From: Thermoplasmatota archaeon
GTDB taxonomy: Archaea > Thermoplasmatota > Thermoplasmata > Halarchaeoplasmatales > Halarchaeoplasmataceae
Direction: 5' to 3'
NCBI GenBank assembly: GCA_036626005.1
Contig: JAZKSP010000003.1
Span: 1-37,169, forward strand
DNA length: 37,169 bases
Both the position numbers and the translations under genes were made by a program. Under the pieces are notes generated by a model. The model searched no databases. It saw only the letters and a program-made list of their open reading frames with translations, and was not told where the DNA came from. Below, in pieces: positions 19,387 to 26,663 of this stretch; within the stretch, counting starts at the first letter, position 1; each line of letters begins with the position of its first letter.

Positions 19387-20136
19387 TCACTCATTATCCT
19401 CAAGACCTTTTTTGATGGTTTCTCTAAGTTCTTCATCGGGTATGTTAACGGTAAGCAGATAATGGTCATCATTCTTTTCTTCTAAGTTTACGGAAAAATG
19501 CTCAGTGTCGAAATAGTAGGGATTGAATTTCAGCATCACCAGTTCATAAATTGCTTCTTCCATCTTTCGGAGAGATCCTATGGACTTTGAGCCGATCAAA
19601 CGGTTAATACATTTTGATGCGTCTTTCAATTCGGCTGATGGAGATTTCTTCTCTTCTTTACTTTTGACATCCTTCTTTTTATCCGGAGAGTCAGTATTTT
19701 CCTCAGTTCTATCACCATTTTTTTGAGATTTCTTTGACTTGTTTTTTACTAGATTATTCATACCTTTAGAAGCATCGTCTTTCAATTCTACAATGGCTGA
19801 TTTTCCTTTGTCTTTAGCTCCATTTATTCCCTCTTTAACCTTTTTACCCGCAGATTTAAGTTCTTCATCAGTTCCTTGGAAGTCTTTCTCTACATCTTTT
19901 TCTTCGATAGAGGCCTCTTCAACTGTTTTTTTAGAAATGTCTTTTTCGTCTTCTTCTTCTCGTGGTCGCCATTCATTGTAACCCTCGATAGATTCATTCA
20001 TATTTTCTATTGATTCCTCTTTTTCATAACTTGCCTTCAATATACTCTCCAAGTCTCTTGCAAAACCACAGATTTCCTCCCACTTCCCTTCAACCTTTAT
20101 ACCAGAATGGGTGGTTTCCGGCTTTTGTTTATTCAT
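19387..20136 (-). CDS. DUF5828-like protein
   Basis: SGIKVEGKWEEI, EWRP, SKKTVEEASI, NPYYFDTEHFSVNL, LTVNIPDEEL resemble haloarchaeal DUF5828 proteins. Confidence 0.7.
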   Translation of the reverse strand: MNKQKPETTHSGIKVEGKWEEICGFARDLESILKASYEKEESIENMNESIEGYNEWRPREEEDEKDISKKTVEEASIEEKDVEKDFQGTDEELKSAGKKVKEGINGAKDKGKSAIVELKDDASKGMNNLVKNKSKKSQKNGDRTEENTDSPDKKKDVKSKEEKKSPSAELKDASKCINRLIGSKSIGSLRKMEEAIYELVMLKFNPYYFDTEHFSVNLEEKNDDHYLLTVNIPDEELRETIKKGLEDNE

Positions 20137-20185
20137 CTGTGACTCTATCTAAAAATAACCCTATAAATAAATTTTGGTCTGTTTC

Positions 20186-20569
20186 TCAACTTCCTTCTGA
20201 CAGGATGTCTATGGCAGGAGTCCTGGTATATACAGGGGTTCTCTTTTCACCCTCTTCATCTTCTCTGTATTCTTCGACGTGTTCCCAGGGCCATATTCTA
20301 GAGATATGATCTACTCTCAAATATACTTCTTCTAAATTCACACATACCCAGTCCACAAACCCATAATCTTCCTGAGAAGAATCTTCTTTTTCGCCTAGAG
20401 TTCCCCATTCTATCTTCGAACTCGGACCTTCGCAGACCTCAGTAAGAACGATAGTGTCTTTGTCGAATTCCTTCAGTTTTCCCAAAAACGCCTCCCCGTC
20501 TTCCATCACGGCTATGAGTCTCCCTTCCTTTAAATTTTTCAATCTTTTTTCCATCAATGAAGATAGCAT
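20186..20569 (-). CDS. Sm-like (LSm) domain protein
   Basis: Sm1-like LIAVMEDGEAFLGKLKEFDKDTIVLTEV and Sm2-like VYLRVDHISRIW; SD GGTGAGG before ATG 20569. Confidence 0.65.
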   Translation of the reverse strand: MLSSLMEKRLKNLKEGRLIAVMEDGEAFLGKLKEFDKDTIVLTEVCEGPSSKIEWGTLGEKEDSSQEDYGFVDWVCVNLEEVYLRVDHISRIWPWEHVEEYREDEEGEKRTPVYTRTPAIDILSEGS

Positions 20570-20655
20570 ATCCTCACCTTTAACAAAAATACCTAATTGG
20601 ATGTAATAGTGTTTTTCACCAGGTCTAAAAAATATAAAAGATAAAAGTATGGGGT

Positions 20656-21798
20656 TCATTCCCCGAAATATTCAGAAACTTCTTCTAGCAGGTCCATGAT
20701 ATCGAGATTCTGGGGACACTTTTCTATACACTCTCCGCATCTGATGCAGTTGGTCGCTTTTGACTCATCTTTCATATTTTCGTCCCAGATCTCTTTGTAT
20801 TTTTCGTACTCGTCATAGATCTCCGCCTGATTATACATCCTGAAATTTCTAGGTATCGCCACGTCGTTAGGACACGGGACACAATAGTTGCACCCAGTAC
20901 ACTCTACCGGTGATATCTCCGTGTACTTATCAGCTACTCTATCAACGATCTCAAGATCTTTATCCGAAAGCGCATTTACACCGGATTCAGCTGCGTATTT
21001 TACGTTTTCCTCCACCTGTTCCAACTCGCTCATACCACTCAGTATGAGAGAAACTTCCGGTTGATTCCAAAGCCATTTTAGAGCCCATTCCACCGGTTCT
21101 CTGTCTTTTTCCGCCTCATTCCAGATCTCTTTTATAGATTCTGGTGGTTCTTTCGCCAATTTTCCCCCACGGAGTGGTTCCATTATGATGACTCCAAGTC
21201 CTTTATCAGAGGCATATTTTAATCCCTCCATGCCAGCCTGGAACTCTTGGTCTAAATAGTTGTACTGTATCTGACAGAAGTCCCAGTCGTAAGTGTCAAC
21301 GATCTCCTTGAAAATATCTAGATCATCATGGAAAGAGAAACCAAGATAATCTATCTTCCCCTCTTCTCTCTTTTCCTTCATCCATTCGAATATATCGATA
21401 TCTAGTGACTGGTAGTTCTTCCAGTGCTTTCTACTCAACGCGTGCAGAAGATAGAAGTCGATCTTGTCAACATCAAGTTTATCTAGTTGTTTGTCCAATA
21501 TCTCGTCAGGATCGTCGGAATCCTCTACATCCCATGAAGGCAGCTTAGTTGCCACTTTTACCTTTTCCCTGTAACCGTCTTTCAATGCTTTCCCGACCAA
21601 TTCTTCGCTTTCTTCGTCATGATAAGGCCATGCTGTATCGACATAATTCACCCCGTTATCGATCGCCCACCTGATCATCTCGATAGCTTCTTCTTCCTTG
21701 ATCGCACCTCGGTCATCCTCCTCATGGGGAAGTCTCATAGCTCCAAAACCAAGCGCTGATGGATCCCAATCGATCTCTCCAAATTTTCTATACTGCAA
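20656..21798 (-). CDS. aldo/keto reductase with C-terminal 4Fe-4S dicluster
   Basis: LGFGAMRLP, GVNYVDTAWPYH, ATKLP, YLLHAL, GFSFH, MEPLRGG, CTGCNYCVPCP, CIRCGECIEKCPQ; SD GAGGTGA then TTG (MQYRKFG). Confidence 0.95.
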   Translation of the reverse strand: MQYRKFGEIDWDPSALGFGAMRLPHEEDDRGAIKEEEAIEMIRWAIDNGVNYVDTAWPYHDEESEELVGKALKDGYREKVKVATKLPSWDVEDSDDPDEILDKQLDKLDVDKIDFYLLHALSRKHWKNYQSLDIDIFEWMKEKREEGKIDYLGFSFHDDLDIFKEIVDTYDWDFCQIQYNYLDQEFQAGMEGLKYASDKGLGVIIMEPLRGGKLAKEPPESIKEIWNEAEKDREPVEWALKWLWNQPEVSLILSGMSELEQVEENVKYAAESGVNALSDKDLEIVDRVADKYTEISPVECTGCNYCVPCPNDVAIPRNFRMYNQAEIYDEYEKYKEIWDENMKDESKATNCIRCGECIEKCPQNLDIMDLLEEVSEYFGE

Positions 21799-21921
21799 TT
21801 TATTCACCTCTTGTATGTAAAACCAAATTTCATCTTAAGAACCTGATTTATACATATTTATAATCTTTGCAGGGATACGAAAGTGTTCGAGTGATGATAC
21901 TTAATCAGTAAATATTTCGAT

Positions 21922-23562
21922 TCAGTAACCACTCTCTCTCACGATCGTGATTATTAACCATATCCCAATCAATATCGAGATCAAGAAGATGTAAGGTCCA
22001 AAAACCCCATCAACATCGGCGTGAACCATAACCGCTGATCCTACGATTATAGATGCCGCTAGGATGGTATAACTCAACCTGTGAGATATTGAATCAATCC
22101 GCTCCTCCATGTCACCTAAACCCTGTAGCTCGATATCTATTTTCAATTCTCCTTTCTCTAAGTTTGCTAGAACATTATCAGCTCTATCAGGAAAATTCAT
22201 GAGTAACTCCCGGTAGTCATTGAGAGAATGAAAGGCATCCATAATCTGTTCTTTGGGATGGTATCTTTCTATGACTACTTCTTCTATCACAGGTTCTGCG
22301 GCCTTGAAAAAATCAAAACCGGGTTTCAAAGTAGTACAGATACCCTCAGTTTCTGCGATAGCTCTTTCCATCAGGAGGAAATCTACCGGCAGAGTGATGT
22401 TATGAGTTCTAACTATATCCATTATCTCATTATCCAATCCTTCTTTTAACATCAGATCAGGTTTATTTTTGTAAAGTTGAAGAACGTTCTCTATATCCCA
22501 CTGCAGTTCCTCCTCATCGTACTCTCCATGGACATCCCCTATCTCCAGCAGGATGTCTTTCACTTTTTCGATATCATTCTCAAACATCCCTATGAAAATA
22601 TCGATGAGACTATCCCGCATTTCTTCGTTAAAACGACCTATAGCTCCGAAGTCTAGAAGGACCAATGACCTATCTTCCTCACAGAAATGTATGTTTCCAG
22701 GAGAGGGATCAGCATGAAATATACCATGGATGAAAAACTGTCTCATCATGTTTCGAGCAAAATGTTCAGCGATCTCGGTTTTGAGTTCGTCTGGATAATC
22801 ACCATCCATAAGGGTCCGCATACTTTTCCCTCGGACATTCTCCATAATTAGAACTCTTTTGGTAAGATAATCCCAATAAATTTTCGGAATCTTAATATTC
22901 GGTTCCCCTTCGAAAGCATTCCGGAATCTCTGTGCGTTCCTCGCTTCAACAGTATAGTCGAGTTCTTTTTCTAGCATCTTTTTGAATTCTTTGGTAACTT
23001 CGTGAGGTTGATACATTTCACTTTCCGGATAAAGGTCTTCAAGAATCCTAGTAAATCTTTCTATCAATTCAAGATCAGCATTCACTCTCTCTTCAATTTC
23101 AGGACGCTGTACTTTGACCACTACTTCTTCTCCCGTTTTAAGCGTAGCCTCATGTACCTGCCCTATAGAAGCCGCAGCTATCGGTTCATTATAAAATTCT
23201 TCAAAGATTTCATCTACTTTACATTCGAGCTCATTTTCTATTATTTCCTTTGCTTTTTCCGCTGTAAAGGGATTTGCTTCGTCGTGTAGCTTCTGTAGTT
23301 CCTTAGCAAAATGTGGAGGAAGGATATCAGGTCTCATCCCTAAAAATTGTCCTAACTTTATAAAAGCGGGGCCTAAATCTTCAAAAAGCTCTCTCAATTC
23401 ATGGGCCTTAACATCTTCCATCTGACTTTCTATTCGTTCCTCCATCTTCGACCTAGACAAAAAGCTTGTCAGACCTAACTCTTTTATGAAATTTTCCAAC
23501 CCGTGGTCTCGAAGTATATGTACGAGTTCTCTGATCCTCTGTATCTTTGTTGTTCTTTTCAT
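21922..23562 (-). CDS. AarF/ABC1/UbiB-family atypical kinase with two C-terminal TM helices
   Basis: LGPAFIKLGQ (KxGQ), PIAAASIGQVH, VVKVQRP, ELDY, HADPSPGN, LLDFG. Confidence 0.93.
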   Translation of the reverse strand: MKRTTKIQRIRELVHILRDHGLENFIKELGLTSFLSRSKMEERIESQMEDVKAHELRELFEDLGPAFIKLGQFLGMRPDILPPHFAKELQKLHDEANPFTAEKAKEIIENELECKVDEIFEEFYNEPIAAASIGQVHEATLKTGEEVVVKVQRPEIEERVNADLELIERFTRILEDLYPESEMYQPHEVTKEFKKMLEKELDYTVEARNAQRFRNAFEGEPNIKIPKIYWDYLTKRVLIMENVRGKSMRTLMDGDYPDELKTEIAEHFARNMMRQFFIHGIFHADPSPGNIHFCEEDRSLVLLDFGAIGRFNEEMRDSLIDIFIGMFENDIEKVKDILLEIGDVHGEYDEEELQWDIENVLQLYKNKPDLMLKEGLDNEIMDIVRTHNITLPVDFLLMERAIAETEGICTTLKPGFDFFKAAEPVIEEVVIERYHPKEQIMDAFHSLNDYRELLMNFPDRADNVLANLEKGELKIDIELQGLGDMEERIDSISHRLSYTILAASIIVGSAVMVHADVDGVFGPYIFLISILIGIWLIITIVRESGY

Positions 23563-23738
23563 GCCCTTGTTACCCCATATTACCAACACAATTTAAGTTT
23601 TATCTTCTCGATTTTTTGAATTAAAATTTTCTCTGTCTTTCAAAGATCTAAATTATCTAAAGAAAAAATAGGCCAAATAAATCCCCTTCTCGAAGAATAA
23701 AAGATTGAGAAGTTATGCTTTCGTTCCAATCCTCTGCC

Positions 23739-23909
23739 CTAACTTACTGGCCACTGCCATTTAGCCACTTCTAATATAATTATGGTCAATATTATAAGAG
23801 CTACGACCAGTCTAGGATCTATCTTAGGGCTTTTTTCCTCTTCTTCCTCGAAGTAGCGCATCAAACCTGCGGCGGATTGAAAACCTCCACCACCTTCTTC
23901 TCTAGCCAT
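23739..23909 (-). CDS. secG: preprotein translocase subunit Sec61beta
   Basis: Manually translated (absent from the ORF track): MAREEGGGGFQSAAGLMRYFEEEEEKSPKIDPRLVVALIILTIIILEVAKWQWPVS, with the diagnostic SAAGLMRYF..E...KIDP plus one TM helix. Confidence 0.95.
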   Translation of the reverse strand: MAREEGGGGFQSAAGLMRYFEEEEEKSPKIDPRLVVALIILTIIILEVAKWQWPVS

Positions 23910-24044
23910 ATTTTTAAGTAAAATAGCTTTTGTATTTAATCATTTTGATTGGTATTATTTCTTTTTGAAGCGTTTATCGTCAAAAATTTTTCAAAAAACT
24001 TTTATCACTGTTCACTAATCAAACTATACTCAGGGTGATATGAA

Positions 24045-24611
24045 ATGAAGGTTAAATGGTTGGGTAATGCCGCTCTGAAAATCTCTTCAAAAAAGAATAT
24101 CTTGATCGATCCTAATATTACAGTAGAAGCCGAATTAGAGCCAGATATCATACTCCTCACACATGAGCACGATGACCACTTCTCCCCTGAAGATTATAAT
24201 AAAATAGAGAAGGACGTAAAGGTATATGGACCAAAAACCACGTTAGAAAAATTCGATCTTGATGGGTCTATAGTAAAAGCTAGAGATGAAATCGATGGGA
24301 TAGATGTCTTGGATTGTGACTGCTACGCTTCTGATGAATCGGTAAGTTACTTTTACAATGGTCTTTTACATGCTGGAGATTCAGCTTACTTTCCAGAGGT
24401 AGAAAACGTCGAGGTTATATTTACGGCGTGTTTTCCTGATTATTACGACGATTACGTCGACGCTTTCAAACGATTAAAACCGGATCTTGTAGTACCATTT
24501 CACTATGACACTGAAGAGGAGATGGATGACGCTATGGGTCTCAAAGAAAGATTGGATGAAGAAGGTATACCCAATAAGATCCTAGAACCCGGAGATCACA
24601 TAGATATATGA
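24045..24611 (+). CDS. MBL-fold metallo-hydrolase
   Basis: KWLGNAA, ILIDP, LLTHEHDDH, HAGDS, VVPFHY. Confidence 0.9.
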   Translation: MKVKWLGNAALKISSKKNILIDPNITVEAELEPDIILLTHEHDDHFSPEDYNKIEKDVKVYGPKTTLEKFDLDGSIVKARDEIDGIDVLDCDCYASDESVSYFYNGLLHAGDSAYFPEVENVEVIFTACFPDYYDDYVDAFKRLKPDLVVPFHYDTEEEMDDAMGLKERLDEEGIPNKILEPGDHIDI

Positions 24612-24676
24612 AATTGTCAGTCATCGAAGCACTAGAACTCTTTTTCCTACTTTTATACCTTTTTTGACTTATATCG

Positions 24677-24727
24677 TTTACATCTTTAATAAGTGAGCGA
24701 CTTCGCTCATATATTAGAGGTTGTAAA
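24677..24727 (+). repeat. long imperfect inverted repeat / hairpin
   Basis: TTTACATCTTTAATAAGTGAGCG-ACTT-CGCTCATATATTAGAGGTTGTAAA: about 22 pairs including 3 G-U, 1 mismatch and 1 bulge. Confidence 0.75.
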
Positions 24728-24767
24728 AATTTATAAATGCCCATCTATTTTTCATATTTAGAAGAAT

Positions 24768-25295
24768 ATGAAAGATTGTTTGGAAGTTTTCTTGAAAATG
24801 GGAGAATTGAAAAGGACTGAAAGAGAGGGTTGGAAACGTCTCGGTATAGATGATCCAGAGTCTGTCGCTGATCATTCATTCAGAGCCGCATTTATGGCTC
24901 TTTTACTTGGAGAAAAATTCGACCTCAACAGCTTTCGTTTGATAAAGCTACTCTTGATACATGATCTCGCAGAGGCAGAAACTGGTGATCTGACACCTCA
25001 CGATTACGACACTGAAAAGGAAAAATTCGAGATGGAGAAAAAGGCTGTAGAATCCATCTTCAATAAATTTGACGATGAAACCAGTATAGTAGGACTATGG
25101 AAAGAATTCGAAATTGAAAAAAGCCAAGAGGCGAAGATAGCTAGAGATATAGACAAACTGGAGATGATCCTACAAGCGCTAGAGTACAGAGAAGAATATC
25201 CAGATAAGGACTTGTCAGAGTTCATCCATGAGGGGAAGAAAAAGATAAAATCGCAAGAGATTAATGAGATACTCGATGAACTTTTGGAAAGTTGA
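24768..25295 (+). CDS. HD-domain hydrolase (HDDC2/YfbR-like 5'-deoxynucleotidase family)
   Basis: LKRTEREGW, ESVADHSFR, HDLAEAETGD, LWKEFE, DIDKLEMILQA. Confidence 0.9.
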   Translation: MKDCLEVFLKMGELKRTEREGWKRLGIDDPESVADHSFRAAFMALLLGEKFDLNSFRLIKLLLIHDLAEAETGDLTPHDYDTEKEKFEMEKKAVESIFNKFDDETSIVGLWKEFEIEKSQEAKIARDIDKLEMILQALEYREEYPDKDLSEFIHEGKKKIKSQEINEILDELLES

Positions 25296-25354
25296 ACGTA
25301 AAGAACAAAAAAGATAAGTTACTCCTCTCTTTTCCTAAAACGGGTCAGATAAAG

Positions 25355-25906
25355 ATGTCAAAAGATGTAACGCCGATGGATTTTTTTGGATTCATAGCAC
25401 CTAGACCTACCGTCTGTGTATCCACGATGGATAAGGATGGTAACTCTAACGTCGCTCCGTACAGTTTTGTCACTCCGCTCTCTTTTGATCCGCCTCTGAT
25501 AGCGATCGCGGCTGCGGAAACCAGAGATACCACTCTAAATTCGAGAGAAACAGGTGAGTTTGTGGTCGCTCCTGTCACGGAAGATTGGAGTGAAAAGGGA
25601 GTTAAAACAGAGATCTCACTGCCTAGAGAAGAGAGCGAATTCGAGGAAATAGGTCTATCCGAAAAAGAATCTAAAAAAATAAAAACACCTGGTGTTCAGG
25701 AAGCTCCGGTGAACATAGAATGTGAATATCACGACGAATTTGAGATAGGAGATCACGTCCTTCTAGTTGGCAAAATTGTTCATGTAGAAACGGATGATGA
25801 GGGAGTAAAAAACGGGAGACTGAACTTGGAAGATATCGGTTCTCTAGGTCATATCAAAGGAGAGGATTTCTGTATCTCTAAAACGGTATCCAGAATAGAA
25901 AGATAA
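25355..25906 (+). CDS. flavin reductase-like (flavoredoxin/DIM6-NTAB) FMN-binding protein
   Basis: APRPTVCVST, NVAPYSF, DTTLN..ETGEFVV, VNIEC, GDHVLLVGKIV. Confidence 0.9.
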   Translation: MSKDVTPMDFFGFIAPRPTVCVSTMDKDGNSNVAPYSFVTPLSFDPPLIAIAAAETRDTTLNSRETGEFVVAPVTEDWSEKGVKTEISLPREESEFEEIGLSEKESKKIKTPGVQEAPVNIECEYHDEFEIGDHVLLVGKIVHVETDDEGVKNGRLNLEDIGSLGHIKGEDFCISKTVSRIER

Positions 25907-25907
25907 T

Positions 25908-26663
25908 TCATCTGAGTGATCTTACCTTCTTCAACCGTGGAAATTCAAAGAGACCGGCTTCCTCATCCACACCTATAGCTCTCATTTCTCCTAAATCTAC
26001 CATGTCTTTGAGTATAGGAGACAATATATCTTCATCCCTCACCTGATTCATCTGCGATCCTTGAGCCAGTCTCGAAAAGGCCGGCATCACGACCAGTTTT
26101 GTTCCATTCTTCATCTCGCCATACAAGAAACAGCGTATCTTTTCTCTAGCTCCTATCTCGTCGGTCAAACTGAGCGCGGGATGTTCATGACCTATTACTA
26201 GATACTCGGTATCTAGCCTATTTATTCCCTCTAGCTTTTCGTGACCATGTATGAAATTCACACCCTTGAAAAAGAAAGAATCTTTGAGACTCACCTCAGG
26301 ATATCTTTTAACGGGATATATCAGATAGTTATCGTGGTTGCCCTTCACCAGATATATCTCTTCAGCTAAAGTTTGCGAAAACTCGATGAATTCTTCGACC
26401 TCTTTTTTCTCCTGGTAAGAAGTTTCCGAAAACTCGTGTTTGATATCTCCACAGACTATTATCTTATCAAAATCTTTCTTTTGACTTATTTCTTTTAGAT
26501 TTTCCTTCATCTCGGAGAGTTGAAATTTAGGCATGTATACTCCAGAATCCGCCATCAGAGCTTCTAACCCGAGGTGGAGATCAGAAATAACCAACGCCTT
26601 TAGGTCTTGGAAATACAGCGCTGGATGATTCTCGATTATCTCGAATCTATCGAAGATCTTCAT
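25908..26663 (-). CDS. Lhr-associated calcineurin-like metallophosphoesterase
   Basis: ISDLHLG, GDIKH, VKGNHD, HGH, GHEHP, MPAFS; ATG directly follows the lhr stop. Confidence 0.93.
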   Translation of the reverse strand: MKIFDRFEIIENHPALYFQDLKALVISDLHLGLEALMADSGVYMPKFQLSEMKENLKEISQKKDFDKIIVCGDIKHEFSETSYQEKKEVEEFIEFSQTLAEEIYLVKGNHDNYLIYPVKRYPEVSLKDSFFFKGVNFIHGHEKLEGINRLDTEYLVIGHEHPALSLTDEIGAREKIRCFLYGEMKNGTKLVVMPAFSRLAQGSQMNQVRDEDILSPILKDMVDLGEMRAIGVDEEAGLFEFPRLKKVRSLR

